The notes below the pieces were generated by a model. It did no database searches, was not told where the DNA came from, and saw only the letters and a program-made list of their open reading frames with translations. The position numbers were made by a program, and so were the translations under genes. This document shows, in pieces, positions 1-14,024 of a stretch of DNA of 64,000 bases (the stretch's first letter is position 1; each line of letters opens with the position of its first letter). The stretch spans positions 171,492,001-171,556,000 of the forward strand of contig NC_042999.1 of the NCBI RefSeq assembly GCF_006345805.1. Direction: 5' to 3'. Source of the DNA: Octopus sinensis. Its lineage: Eukaryota.

Positions 1-172
1 TTTATTACTGTTCTTATTCATTCTTATTTTAACTCGTGTCCATTGTCCGGAAATATTTCGTTACACATTTGTAACATCTTCAGCAACTCTTGGTTTTCGT
101 GTGTGCTCTTGCTCCACTTACTCAATTATATTCGTCTAAGATGTGTATGTTTATGTGCGCATGCATTTGCAA

Positions 173-174
<2 letters not shown>

Positions 175-234
<60 letters not shown>

Positions 235-259
235 TGTGTGTGTATGCTTGTGTGTGTGT
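175..259. repeat. (GT)n microsatellite
   Basis: Direct; it explains the VCVC/HTHT ORFs at 43-523. Confidence 0.98.
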
Positions 260-639
260 CACTGTTCTTAGCCGCTGTATGGCGTTCCGCTCAGCCCGTC
301 CTCTCACTCCATTGTGCTGCTGCTGTCCTAAGACCCAAAATTTTGGTATAGTTCCTGTATCTCTCTGTGGCTGTGTGTTCGCCCACAGTGTTGATATCGT
401 GGTAAATGTTGTTAACACAACTGGCAAATGCAAAATGTATTGTGAGAGGGGTGAAACGGCATAGCACATCGTTAGCGAATGCCCGAATTTGACACAACAC
501 AAATACGAAAGACGACATGACAACGTGTCAAGAAAGATCCACTGGTAGCTCTGTGGATATCACGACCTGCAAACAGCAAAGAGGTGTTATGAGCAAACCC
601 CAGAAGGAGTCATCGCGAATGAAAAATTGCAAAATCCTG

Positions 640-840
640 TGAGCACATCTTAACAGAGTTCGGGAAACTGGACATTATTGTGGTGAATAAAAAGGAAAAC
701 CATACATGATAATTGACATAGCATGTCCCGGTGACAGCAGGATGAACGAGAAAGAAGAAGAAAAATGAACAACTCTGACGATTGGAAATGGCAAATACTA
801 AGGGAATCAATTAGCTTTAGCATGAAGAGATAGAAAGTAG
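640..840 (+). mobile_element. R4/Dong-type LINE, restriction-like endonuclease (RLE) fragment
   Basis: Frameshifted translation KLDIIVVNKKET..MIIDIACPGDSRMNEKEEEK matches the RLE PD..D..K motif. Confidence 0.65.
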
Positions 841-859
841 ATCTCTGCTCGGGTGACAC

Positions 860-2204
860 ACACTTAGGGCAAGTTAATATGAAGAGAGGAATTTTCCAAG
901 GAGACTTGTTACTGCCTTTAATATTAGTCTTATATCTGATCCCTCTCAGTTGAGTATTAAGGAATGCAAAAGGCAGGGTACCAGATGAAGGCACCAGATC
1001 AGAAATAGTAAGGGAAAAATTAACCATTTGTTTTACATGGGTGATCTGAAGCATTTTAGTACGAATGAAAAATACAAACTGTAAGACTCTTTAGCAAAGA
1101 TATTGGCATGATATTTGTCATAGGTAAGTATGCGATATTAGTCATGAAAAGACACAGTCAACAGTGAAGTCATCCTATCACCAGACGGCCAAGTATTAAA
1201 ATCATTGAAAGATGGAGACAGTTATAAGCATCTAGGAGTATTAGAATCTGACAAAGTACTAGCTATAGAAATGAAAAAAGAAATTTGAGAAGTAGTATAT
1301 CAGAAGCGTGAGGAATCAAGGCTAAATGGTCCAAATCTATTGAAGGCTGTAAATATTTGGGAAGTATCTTTACTGAGACATTCAGCAGCTTTTGTAGATT
1401 ACACAAAAACTGAATTAGCAAAACTAGACAGAAGAACTAGGAAGGAATTCAATATGAACTGATGATTGCATCTAAGGTCAGGAGTTGCAAGGTTATACTT
1501 ACCTAGAAAGGAAGGTGGAAGCGGATTAATATCAGTGGAATACTGTGTGGAGTTAGCTAGAGTAAATATAAACTCCTATGTTGATAATAGGGAAGAACGG
1601 TTATTTAGAGCTGATACAGTTACAGCAAGACATAGGGAAACCAAAAATACAAACGAAGTTAAAAAGTAGAAAAAAAGATCAAAAGTTATCTGACTGGCAG
1701 GAGATGCTTTGCATGGTAGTTGCAATAGTATTAGTGTGACATTGTTATGGTTGTAGAAACGAAGGCTGAAAAGGGAGAGAAATTGTTTGTTAGCAGCAGC
1801 ATGATCAAGCATGAAAGACTAATTGAATAAAAGCCAAGATAGGCAAAAACCAAGTGGATTCCCAATGTAGGCCATGCAAATCAAAAGAGAAAAGTGTTAC
1901 TGATATAGTAAGTGAATGTAGCATGCTGACACAGAAGGAATACGAGAAAAAACATGAAAACCTGGGTAGAGTAATCTACTGGAAGTTATGTAGAAAGCTA
2001 GGATTTGACCATAATGATAAATGAGATAAACATGAATCTAGCAAAGTACTGGCAAGTAAGATATATAAGATTTTGTTTGACATTAACATTCAGACTGATA
2101 GAGTAATAGTAGCTAGAGAGTTTGATTTAATAGTAGTAGTAATAGTAGTAGTAGTAGCAGCAGCGGTAGTAGCAGCAGCAGCAGTAGCAGCAGCAGCAGC
2201 AGCT

Positions 2205-2247
<43 letters not shown>

Positions 2248-2627
2248 CAGCAGCAGAAAAAGAGAATAGAATATGCCAGATAATTGACTTAACAGGCCCA
2301 AACAAGTGATGAAAAAGTCAATATGAGAGGAATAGACAAAATAGCAAAGTACCATGAACAAGTCATTGAATTACAAACACTATGGAAAGTTCGAGTAAAA
2401 TGTGTCCCAGTAGCTATAGTTGCATTAGGAACTATCCCAAAAGACTTGAACAGATGAAATGAAGAAATACAAAGAAAACCCAGTATAGTACAGCTCCAGA
2501 AAATTAGGGACAGCTCGGATACTTAGTAGCGTTCTTGGCTTCTAAGTTTACATGTTGTAGCCCGATGTTAATAATTTTTCTTTTCCAACAGTCTAATGTT
2601 TTGTATGTATATGAATAATAATAATAA
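860..2627 (+). mobile_element. Degenerate 5'-truncated R4/Dong-clade non-LTR retrotransposon (RT, CCHC, RLE)
   Basis: RGIFQGDLLLPL; NHLFYMGDLK (YMDD-like); RLYLPRKEGGSGL; CRPCK..SEC knuckle; FDINIQTDRVI..DLIVV..CQIIDLTGP; PVAIVALGTIP. Many stops and frameshifts; ends at (AAT)n. Confidence 0.9.
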
Positions 2628-2998
2628 TCCTTACTACTGTAGGTAGAAAGCCTGAAATTTGTGGGGAGTGGATAAGTCAATCACATCGATCCCAGTACTT
2701 GACTGGTACTTAAATTATCAACCTCGAAATGATGAAGGGCAAATTCAACCATGCCGGAATTTGAACTCAGAACGTTAAGACGGACGAAATACCTATTTCT
2801 TTACTACCCACAGCGGGCTAAACACAGGGAGGACAAACAAGGACAGGCAAACGGATTAAGTCGATTATATCGACCCCAGTGCGTAAATGGTACTTATTTA
2901 ATCGACCCCGAAAGGATGAAAGGCAAAGTCGACCTCGTAGCGGCCGACGAAATACTGCTAAGCATTTTGCCCGGCGTGCTCACCATTCTTTCATCTCG
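2628..2998 (-). mobile_element. SINE family A, chimeric/nested double copy
   Basis: Two copies of the core (plus strand TCGACCCCGAAAGGATGAAAGGCAAAGTCGACCTC-like, resembling the MetaSINE domain) plus a B-box-like GAGTTCAAATTCC on the minus strand. Homologous to 14151-14354, 34797-34930 and 40544-40975. Confidence 0.85.
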
Positions 2999-3029
2999 TA
3001 ATAACAACAACAACAACAACAACAATAAA

Positions 3030-3620
3030 ATAATATTAAAGAATATTAATAATAGACACATTTCTTATAATATTAATAATAAAATTACTAATAATATTAT
3101 TAATATTAGGTGTAATAGTAATTATAGTACAAACCTGTTTAAGGAAGAAATTGCCGAAAGAAAAAAGGGTTTATAATTGTACCGATATTAATACTGACGC
3201 TAATAGCTCTAGGATTGATTTTCATGTTACTGATACACCCGTGCGGAATATTTACAATTATAATGATTTTAGTGATAAATCTCCTAACAATAATCTTATG
3301 TGTATGAGTGCTATTAATAGCAATGACAGTCATAAAATGAATAACCCTATGAGTAGGCATAGCGGTCTTGATAATCTAGATAGTACCATTAAAACATGCA
3401 TATTTAAATATCGCAAATCCAAAAGTCAGCAGCACTCACGCAATGGTGATGTAAACTGGTTTCATTTACTTTGGTCACTAATATTATTACGAAACCGTGT
3501 TAAAAGTTATTTGCCTCTACGAAGAAAAATTTCCTCCCGTTCAGTAAATATTAACTATATGTTTGATAAACCTAATTTCATTCCTAGTCTAAAGAGCAGT
3601 TTAGCGGGAATAAAAGGGCG
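3030..3620 (+). mobile_element. Probable degenerate Penelope-like element fragment (Asn-rich linker plus thumb motif)
   Basis: ORF 3151-3669 is Asn-rich and contains RNGDVNWFHLLWS, resembling the PLE RKxxIIWFNPP motif. Confidence 0.4.
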
Positions 3621-3682
3621 TAGCCTGTCAACGCAGCTTGTCACTACGCAGCCTGTCACAATCAAATAATGTTGATGATGAA

Positions 3683-3715
<33 letters not shown>

Positions 3716-4262
3716 ATGGCCCGGGACAGCCAAGCTAATATGATGGAAAATGGAGTAGACCCAAAGTGCCGATTTTCCAACGAGGATATTGAAACAATGA
3801 ACCATCAAATTTCTGGTGCAAGGTTTGGGCACCAACTGAATATAAATCAAGACATGACAGAGTTGACGAATATGTACACTGGTTAATTTATCGACAACAT
3901 AAAATCAAAACTGCTGACAAATGCTACAAACACGTTCCCGACGCTGTAACTGAGAGAGATAATGTAGCGTTTCTTTGGGACTTTCCACTACATACAAGCC
4001 AGACCATCGGAACTAACAAACCAGATATTATTGTGAAAGGCCAAAACAATAAAAGCTGTTTTGTGATTGACGTGAGTATAACTTGTGATTATAATATCTC
4101 GCACAAGAATTCGATAAGCTCAGTAAATATCAGGAATTACTGATTGTAATCGCATAAAGTAGGTATCTCAAGACGATTACAATAACAGTGATTATAGGAT
4201 CATTCGGTATGATGAAAAAATGGAACTGAAAATTATTTGAGGATGATCTCTGGCTTACTGTC
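3716..4262 (+). mobile_element. R4/Dong-type LINE 3' fragment (CCHC + RLE)
   Basis: DPKCRFSNEDIETMNHQISG; RHDRV..VHWLI; FLWDFPLHTSQTIGTNKPDIIVK..CFVIDVSITCD; DKLSKYQEL. Confidence 0.88.
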
Positions 4263-4429
4263 CTTTTTTCCAGTTTTTCTTTTGTCTTTCTTTCTATTTT
4301 CGTTGTCTTCCCCTATTTTTCTATCACATCACTTTGTAATTGAACAATCTGGTGTATCTAATTAATGTATACAGTGAGTTTCTTTGCCACAGGTGTCGGG
4401 AAGAGACTCGGCAACAAATGGAAATAAAA

Positions 4430-6480
4430 CTGAAAGAAGATAATAATGATAATAATATTAATGATAATAACTACAATCCTACTGTCAGTAATGTTGATAA
4501 TAATAACTATGATAATGACAAGAAAGAATGATGGAGGTAGTAGCGACAACAACAACAACAATAATGATAATGTTTACAAGCATAACGTCCTCAGCCATGG
4601 GAGTATTAGTAAATATCGAGTCATATGCCACTTTAACAATGATGACTGTGGCAGTGGAGCAGCTGCTATTAACAATCATGATACTCTCTATGAGCCAATT
4701 ATTTCAACTTCTGACTATGTTACCTGTATATGTAACGGTACTAGCCACTGTTGTAAAAGCAATAGTGTCAGCAGAAGCTCTGAAAACAATGCCCTTAACC
4801 CAGATGACACCCGCATTGATTCTAATATAAATAATGTTTATGAGGCTCTCAATAACCAAGGGAAATGTTTTAACTTCAACAATTGCGATGGTAGTACTCT
4901 TGCTGGTAATAATCGCAACTCCGGATAATACGGAGAATTCTATTGGTGCTAGCAATGATCATCACTCTCTACAGTACTTGAATAACACTGGCAGTACTAA
5001 TGTACACACATTTCCTAAATATGTGCTTTTAAAAAGAAGATTATATGCCCTGGATATGATTTATGCCTCACTAAAATTATTTTCTATAGATCAGATACAA
5101 AAAACTAATCTAACTTCCTTAATTTACATCGATTCCACTTCTCGCAAATTTAAACATTCTTATATATTCAATAATAGCAATGTCGCTAACGTTACAGTAC
5201 TCGCGGGAAAAATTGGGAATTAGAATACAAAAACATTATATACCAAATTAGGTGGAACATAAGAGAATTTGCCTGACTGTATTCAAAAGAATGGCATGGG
5301 TGTAGTCAATGTTGCGAAATATGAGAAAAGCTTAAATGTTCACGTAATATCAAACTTAGTGTGAAATGCTAACCTTACATTAGAAACACCCTCTTCTTTA
5401 AACCAGTTATCTAATTGACTTCCTATACCACTGCTTATATTTAATTTCTTAGGTTCAACTTAGGAATAACTGTAACGTATATAGACTCGTGTCATTTAAA
5501 TATTATTTAAATATTATTTATGCGATATTTCATAACATGTCTTTGGTCTCCTCGTTATTCCTTCTCATTACAGTTTTTGCAACCTCTGTATTCGATAACT
5601 AGTGACATATTTGATAATCCAGTGTATGACCTCTTAACCCTCTGTCATTAGTCTACGCTTTCTTCATGTTTTTATATTATCTTAAATCTTTATATTTTAT
5701 GTACGTATATATAAATGTGCGTGTATGTATAGGTGTATATCTATGTGTATATATACATTTCTGTGTATTTCTATGTGTATGTATAAATATTCATGAATAT
5801 ATATATGCGTGTGTGCGTGTGTGTATGTGTGTGTAAATATGTGTGTGTACATGTTTGTCTAGAAGTGTGAGTGTGGCCACGTGCATACCTATGCTACTAG
5901 AGTTGGATAGAAGGAAACTAAAATAGTGATGTCAGTCTTATGACTTTCCGTTGTCCTGAGGGTTGTAATAACTTTAATGTCAACTCATGGCTACGCTATT
6001 TCTTTGATTCTTGTACGTTATGAAAGTCAATGTTCGCTATAAACTAAGTTAGATAAGTGTTTTGAAATAAAGTAGTCGTTTGATCCCGTTGTTTCTCGCA
6101 TGCCTGTTGAAGCAACTCCTCAATAAATTCGAATATTATTTATAAAATACCGTATTTAACAATGTTGATATGATAGCTGCTTGAAACTTTAGCAGATAAT
6201 ACTGGTTATATGTTATGTAATATATGAATGCCTCAATAAATTTCTACTTAAACAGATGTAAATTTTTAACCCTGTTTGTGTTCTCCGTTTACAACTACGC
6301 CACATCTAAAACCAACTCCGAGTCAGATCTACGCTTTAATTGCATTTGGAACTTACATACATACAGCATCCTACCAAAAACTTGAAAGCTTCAGTGATTT
6401 ATTTACCTCAGTATGAAACCCATATTATTGCAAATAGCAATTTCTGCTGTCCTATGTATTTGTGTGACTAGATTCTGCTG
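4430..6480 (+). mobile_element. Old Penelope-like element 3' part (Asn-rich linker, degenerate GIY-YIG, non-coding tail)
   Basis: About 5120-5330 reads LIYIDSTSRKFKHS..NVTVLAGKI(W)ELEYKNIIYQIRWNI..CSQC across a frameshift, parallel to the GIY-YIG at 54891-55376. The 3' boundary is uncertain. Confidence 0.6.
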
Positions 6481-6511
6481 AATCCATTAACTAATACACA
6501 CACACACACAC

Positions 6512-6572
<61 letters not shown>

Positions 6573-6599
6573 TATTATTTAAAATATTATTTTACATGT

Positions 6600-8437
6600 A
6601 TTAAAACGCTGCTATTAATTTCCTACATTGAGAAAACTCAAACTTATTCTTCAAGCGCAGACCACCTATCATAACGAACTGAATAAATTAAAGAATAGAA
6701 GAAACGCCAAAAAACTGAGAAGGCAGGGCAGCATGAAGAAAACAAACAATGAACAAGGGAAAAGGAAAAACAGTAAGTAAAAAGTAAAAGAAAAAAGAAA
6801 GTAAAAAGGTAAAGAACTCTCTTTAAAAGACAAGGCTGGAAAATTATCAACTGAGTCAGGAATAGCCAGAATTTTCTAATTCTTCAAAATATAATTTATA
6901 TATATGCTTGCTACCACTGAATATTTCTGACCTGGAGTTCTTTAGGGAGTTAGGAATCTTAAATCTGAACAGCATCTACGCTCTTTCAGTCAAACAAAGT
7001 CTATATTTATTCGATCCATTCAAATAAGGTATGTATTTACCAATTACTTTCCATTCAATCCCACGCGGTATTTTGTTATATTTCGCAGTCCATACGTAGC
7101 TAGCCAACGTAGTAGCTTTTCTTATGTCCTTATGTCTGAAGGAGGCTACGTGATTGTTATAGCGATTTTTAAATTCATCTTCACATAATCCAATGTAGAT
7201 CTTATCAGTTGCATTATTATTTAGGATTGCAGTACCTTCTGTCTCATTTATGATAGGTTTAGTCATACGTCGTTGGTCTCGCAACAGTTGCTACTAGATT
7301 CAGGCTCTTGGTATTGACCACCTGTAATGATACTCTTCATATTTAGGCAGCAGCTATACGATAATTTCCCAGAACGCCTATTAAATATTTTCCTATATTT
7401 GTGAGTGTCTTCAACTTCTTTGTCTCGAAGAGACAGGAATCTTTTACCAATGTTAATTTTTATATTGAGTGAAATGTGATCGCGAACCAAATAATTTTCC
7501 TTGGCCTATTTTAAAATTGCTTATTATCCTGATTAGTACAAGAGTGGTTATGTACTACTTTATCTTTGATGCCACTAGATCTATTATTGATATTTTGATT
7601 ATTATTAACGGGAATATATATATAATTAACTTTGAAGCCACTATTGGCATGGGCTTTGTTATAATAGGGGCAGCTTTCACGAAAATTTCTTTGGAAGAAG
7701 AGAGGTTAGACACTCTGTTACTAATATTAGCTACCGGATTTTTAAATATTACAGGAAGGTGACAAGACTATTGATGTATATATAAAAGTGTCCCTTATGC
7801 AAAGAATTATGCAAAGGTTTATCCGAGAAGGAGTCGAATTCTAGGGAAACGCATAAATAATCAACTATAGAGACATTAGTAGCTACTGTAATTTTAAGTC
7901 CTAATTGATTAAACGTAGAAATTAGTTGCTTCCTATGTGTGTCAAGAAAATATCCAAACCGTCGCCAGGGTATAGGCCAATGTCATGAGATGGGTATCTA
8001 TATTACAATGTGTTTATTATAAACAATCCCACAAGATCACAGACGTCAGCACTATCATATGACACTATAGATACATCAAATATTTCATCACTGTGTGACT
8101 TTGTTTTACCTATGCAAATCCATTATTGAACAATAGTGTTTTCGTCGCATGCCTGATAAAATCTAGGTCTATAGGGTCAAAATCAGCATATGATTTAACT
8201 AAGTAAATAGCTTTATTAAGCAGTGATCTAGATATAGAGGGATAAATGTCTATAATATCAAACTGGGTAACTTTACACTTATTCTTATGTTTGATGTTAT
8301 TAAATCAATCTGTTACAGTAAAACTGTTACTCTATTGTTGAAACCCAGCAATTTCCCCAACACTATGATTAATATTTGTAAGTATTGTTTTAGCTTCTAG
8401 CCCAATTTCAGGTCACGCTGAGTTTAACAATCTACAA
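6600..8437 (-). mobile_element. Penelope-like retroelement (RT + C-terminal GIY-YIG), 5'-truncated, degenerate
   Basis: RT: KCKVTQFDIIDIYP, FDVSIVSYDSADVCDLVGLFI, IGLYPGDG (GLYRDDG-like). Thumb: NIGKRFLSL..KIFNRRSGKLSYSC. EN: IYIGLCEDEFKNRYNNH..TTLASYVW..RLCLTE. Confidence 0.92.
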
Positions 8438-8439
8438 GA

Positions 8440-9000
8440 TTGGTAAAAGATTCCTGTCACTCCTAGACAAACATTTCTAGCAACTTACAGATACAGGAAA
8501 ATATTCAATCGGCGTTCTGCCCCAATATGAAGAGTATCATTACACGCGGTCCATAGCAAGAGCTTGAATCCAGTTGCAACTGTCGTGACACAGGATCTTG
8601 TCAACTTGACCAATGATGTATTACTAAATCAAACATATATGAGGCAGACGTTTGTGCAACACTAAATAATAATACAATTGATAAGATTTATATTGCCTTA
8701 TGTGAAAGCGAATTTAAAAATCTCTATGCTAATCCCATAGCCTCCTTCAGACATAGGGACAAAAGTGATGCTACTAAGTTGGTTAACTACGTATGGACCT
8801 TGAAAGATAAGGAAACACCGGATGTTATTAATGGGAAAGTAATGGAGAAATCCATACCTTATGCGAATGGATCGAATAAATGTAGAATTTGTTTGGCTGA
8901 AAGAGCGCAGGTCCTGCAGAGATCTAAGATCCTTAATTTTCTATTGAAATCTGCTAAAAAAATAACGCAACTTCGAGAAGCAGTCTGGCTTCCACTAGAG
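8440..9000 (+). mobile_element. Inverted partial copy of the same Penelope-like 3' region (thumb to GIY-YIG)
   Basis: ATTGGTAAAAGATTCCTGTC at 8440 is the reverse complement of about 7431-7452; ORF 8779-9084 NYVWTLK..PYANGSNKCRICLAERA parallels 6976-7284. Confidence 0.88.
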
Positions 9001-9335
9001 AAAGTGATATTTCATAATTATAAGAAGATAGTACATTGTTATTTTTGTTTTACTCCCAAAGTTCACCTAACATTAGCTTGGTGAATTCAACTTTCCCAGA
9101 AAATGACAAGGATAAGAAGCAGTTCTTAGGATGTACTTTATAACTACTTCAGCAACATGTCGATTGTCGCATAAATGTTCACTGGTTATCTGTAATAAGA
9201 GCTAATTTCTCTCAGTCATGCATCAGCAGTTTAATAGTCCACTGTTCCGGTCACCGTGACATTGAATGCATCGAGCAGAACATTTCAATATTGTAAGTAG
9301 TTTTAACTGGAACAAAACTGCTGACGGCTTTCAAA

Positions 9336-9395
9336 TCCAGTTCACTTATATTAGTTCCAGTTCACTTATATTAGTTCCAGTTCACTTATATTAGT
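9336..9395. repeat. 20-bp tandem repeat x3 (TCCAGTTCACTTATATTAGT)
   Basis: Three exact copies read directly. Confidence 0.95.
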
Positions 9396-10141
9396 AATTA
9401 TTCGACTCAGTGATACATGCATACAGGTTGTGAAAACAAGAGTATTCAGGATAGAATCTGATATATTTGATTAGACCTCTTGATATTTATAATGTAATTT
9501 AAAACATATAAAAAAGACACAGATGATATTTTCCAAATCATATTCAACCGCGTTTAATAGTTAGATGCTCTAGACGAAGCGAGATCTCACTACATTAATC
9601 CTGATAGGACCCGCCGATTTCTTTGATTCTTTTGTCAGTAAATTATTCAACAGAAGTGCGAACATTTCTTAAAGAATTACACGTACTGAATGGTATGAAA
9701 TATATCATCGGATATTTTAGAACATGCTTCAAATCTAAAGAATTATTTATTTTCGCCTTATAGGAAAGAATACGAGAAACATTACGGGAATAGTTATACA
9801 GAGAACATTGTTACGATATACAACATATGCTCTTTTAAAATCAACATTCTTCCGACTTTTGCCTCCTAATGATACATATATATTTTCAAGATAATTCTAT
9901 TCTCCTTCACCAAACGAGCTATACATTGAGAAAATCATAGCCATGTTTGCCCTATAATTTTTACCTAGTCATTTTTCATCTTAAATCTAATATTTTGCAC
10001 TACGTACAAGATTTCCAATAATTCAAATGCTTCCCAACGGGAAAAGTATCATTTGATCTTAAGAGCAATTTAAATCATAGTTTCCAATACGTACACGTAT
10101 ATATGTATGAGTGTGTGTGCGTACAATGAAAGAAAGAAGGG

Positions 10142-10179
<38 letters not shown>

Positions 10180-11179
10180 AATGAGGAATGAGAGATTGCT
10201 TAATAACCATAAAATCACCGCAAAATAAAGGGGAAAATCCATATTTTTCTTGATCTTCAATATTCTATGCACACAATCGTTAATAACATGGTCAAGTATT
10301 ATAGTTTGTTATTTTATGAAATAATACGCTTTGATAGAAGGTGTTATATTTATGGATTACCCTAAATCAATATTATATGAAATGAGAGAGAATCGAGTGA
10401 TAATTGGAGTTTCATATCAGCATGACATTAGCAATGTTATGCACAATAATGTCGCTAAATTCAGAGAACTCCAAAAGTAATAGTCATGGTTCTGGTGCTT
10501 CTCTACAGTTTTGAGGAAGTTGCAGCCATAATCATTCATCACTGTTTGAATCTGTCTAACGCTACACATGCAAGAAACATAGAAAAATTGTAACGTACTA
10601 CAATGCTCCATTCATTCGTGAAAATGTATTTCCTCAAACTTAGTTAACGATAATGCATAATGGAGCTGAAATCGTTATTGCTTGCTTTAACAAAATTCAT
10701 ACTGAAGCCCTGTGTATAACGATCATATGAAGCGCGATATATAACGACCAGCGGTGACAATTATAATAGTATGCTCTGTATTATATTTCCTGACTGAATC
10801 ATTGCTATAACTTCATATTTGAAATTTATAATGCGGGAGAATATTCCTCAGTCTGAAAAATAGGTCGTGTGGTATAATGGAACGAAAACTAACGATAGAT
10901 TTGTCTTTTAACAGAGCGTCATTCAATTTAAATGTGTCTACATAGACAATCATTTTTTCGCAATTGAATAATTGAGTTACTGTACAGACAAGTGTAATGT
11001 GTTTTACCTATGCGCATCTCTGTTGATTTCTGTGTCCACATAAGAAGTACAACGTGCCACCGATGCTAGTGGTGTATAGAAAAGTACACATACTAGATGA
11101 TAAATCACTTATTGCAATTATCTCGCATATAGTTCATCGCTGCTGGTTAGCAAATGTAGTGCCGTCGGAGGCGGTCTAA

Positions 11180-11400
<221 letters not shown>

Positions 11401-12088
11401 AGTTTTAGGCTGTTATGTGAAACAGTGAACGTTCAATGTGCTTAAGTGTCGTGTGGAAATCATACTGGAAATTCATAGGTTCATTTGAATATTTTACTGG
11501 TTCACGACTTCTCAGTTTTCTAAACATCGTTTACGTGACGAATCTTAATGTTGGTGTAAGAGGTGCACATATTTCTGCTTGGTTCGAATATTTTTTTTTT
11601 TTTATCCACTAATCTGTTTGTGATGAGTATTCGAGAATTGTTTTCTCATTATCTTTTTTGTGATAAGTATCCATACACCTGGTCGAGAATACATTATGCA
11701 TTATTAACCTATTTAAATATGCATTTATCTCGAAATAAAATATTAAAGCATACATAAAAAATGCTTATAGAACAACGGTGTCAAAGATAATGTTTGAGTA
11801 GAAAATCTAGTAAGAGATAAGAGAGAAATTAAGACGACTGAAATTAAGAGAATATTTTAACAAGTACACAAACTACAAACAAATTACTATAACTGGTCGG
11901 GCTATTATAAGTTCTTACATTTGGTGCATATTATAAAAATGCTTTGTGGTATGGATTCCGTTGCTCAGAAAAAGAAATGCTTTGAATACAGTTTGATATT
12001 TGGTATTATTCTGCAAACGGAGGATAGCTTTCAATACAGTTACTTTAACGAGATCATCGTACTCTGTTTAAATTCAGATCTTTCGTGA

Positions 12089-12243
12089 TAAGTAGCTTCC
12101 TTACCTGCCACATGGTTCCGGGTTCATTCTCAATGCGCGGTACCTTGGGCAAGTGTCTTCTACTATAACCTAGGGCCGACCAAAGTCTTGTGAGTGGATT
12201 TAGTAGAAGGAAACTGAAGGAAGCCCGTCATATATATGTATAC

Positions 12244-12291
<48 letters not shown>

Positions 12292-12510
12292 TTGTGTTTA
12301 TGTTTGTGTGTCTGTGTTTGTCCCCTCACCATCGCTTGGAAACCGATGGTGGTGTGTTTACGTCCGCGTAACCTAGTGGTTCGGCAAAAGAGACCGATAG
12401 AATAAGTACTAGGCTTACAAAGAATAAGTCCTGGGGTCGATTTGCTCGACTAAAGGCGGTGCTCCAGCATGGCCGCAGTCAAATGACTGAAACAAGTAAA
12501 AGAGTAAAGA
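12089..12510 (+). mobile_element. SINE family B with internal (TA)/(TG) microsatellite
   Basis: tRNA-like head GGTTCCGGGTTCA, then CCTTGGGCAAGTGTCTTCTACTATA; 3' GGGGTCGATTTGCTCGACTAAAGGCGGTGCTCCAGCATGGCCGCAG. Colinear with the reverse copy at 26487-26896. Confidence 0.9.
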
Positions 12511-14024
12511 AGTAATGAGTATCTAGAAATTTCCCTAATGATGCAAAACAGCTGGCAAATTTTTACTTAAGCAATTTTAAAGAAAGTGGCGTTGGTACAT
12601 ATTCGAAGACAGTTGATGAGGGATTTATAAGAAAGGATGTCACAGATTATATTTCAGAATGAGATGGTGCCTTAAATCCGGAACAAGACGAAGAGGTTCT
12701 CATTGAGAATAATGAATAGTAACTATTGAATAGTATCTTAACATTTCGACGGTTGCTCATATGAATAGTGGTTATGATATTCTAATTCTTTATCTCTCAT
12801 CAGTTATTATTCAGGGAGTAGTCGAAATATATAGGCTTTTGCCTGTTCCCTATTATTTCACAGAAGATGAAGATCACTGGACAATTGAGACGGAAACACT
12901 AGTGAAATCTGTGGAAGGATCTGACTGAAAGACACATTGTATAGTTGTGAGAATCCTGGATACCCAACTGGTAATCTTATTAGCAAAAAGAACTCGAGAT
13001 ATATTTCTGTGTGGCCAAAAATTATGACATTCTGCCTGTAGCGTTAAAAAATTTACAAATGAATGTTTACAGAAAAAAATAAATTCAAAATTTTATCATC
13101 CAGAAAAGCAATCATGCAATTCTATGAAGTTTACAAATCCGTGCAATTAATGTCATTATTTTCGTCAGCTAGAAGTCCACAGGTGACAAAGGTATGCAAA
13201 TAAGTTGCATTGATGGCTTAAGAATGGATAAAGTGACCTTAGAATTCGAAAACTTTACCTTTAATTGACCGGCCAGTGTTAATCAAGTCTACTTAAGAGG
13301 TTTTCTAGCACCAAAATATGTGAGAATGTACCCGTTACTGAAAAGATTGGAAAATAAAAGATACAACTTCATAGAAATACTCGGAAATTTAGCTGAAATT
13401 ACTGTTGAATTTTTTAAAATTACAACCTTATATGAGTTGCAGGCAGGTATTTGCTGGGCATTGCGCTTCTCCTAAATTAATGTTTCCAATTCGATGGAAT
13501 ACAGGTCGAAATGAGCCTTTATATCTTGATGAAAATTATTGATGTGAAGTATATACAGCTATAGGTATTTATGCTGTTCCTGGTAAAGTTTTTGGTGAAA
13601 ATCCTAATCGTAGGCATTAAAAATTTTCATTTCCACTCGATCAAATATTACTTCATGAGCAACTGAAGAAAATAAGACAATTTCCTCAAACATTTATGCA
13701 CTCATTCATTGCCTAAATGTAACGTATGTTATTCATTTATTTCATCAAAAACAAACATTGATAAATCGTTTATACTTATATACGTACATGCATGTATATT
13801 TTATGCAGCAAGGTATACGTACACGCGTGCACACGCACACACACACACACACACAGACACACACACATACACACACACTCACTCACACACACACACACAC
13901 ACAAAACACACACATATATAAATAAATATATACATGTACATATACCTATACATGCACATACGGCACCTACATAGATGTACACACACGCACGCACACTCAC
14001 ATTGATTAATTCCAATAAAAGTAT

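Noticed and set aside
43-523. ORFs rich in VC/HT, YI, poly-L/R/E/K here and throughout the track
   Set aside because: They are translations of microsatellites, and many use GTG/TTG starts inappropriate for a eukaryote.
6104-6200. CTGTTGA-AGCA...TGCTT-GAAA in a PLE tail
   Set aside because: Core mutated, register off by one, and no convincing stem I or cleavage triplet.
9336-9395. CRISPR-like direct repeats
   Set aside because: No spacers; a simple tandem repeat in eukaryotic DNA.
12540-13700. Possible piggyBac-like transposase relic
   Set aside because: Only vague motif resemblance, no TIR/TTAA found; needs BLASTX.
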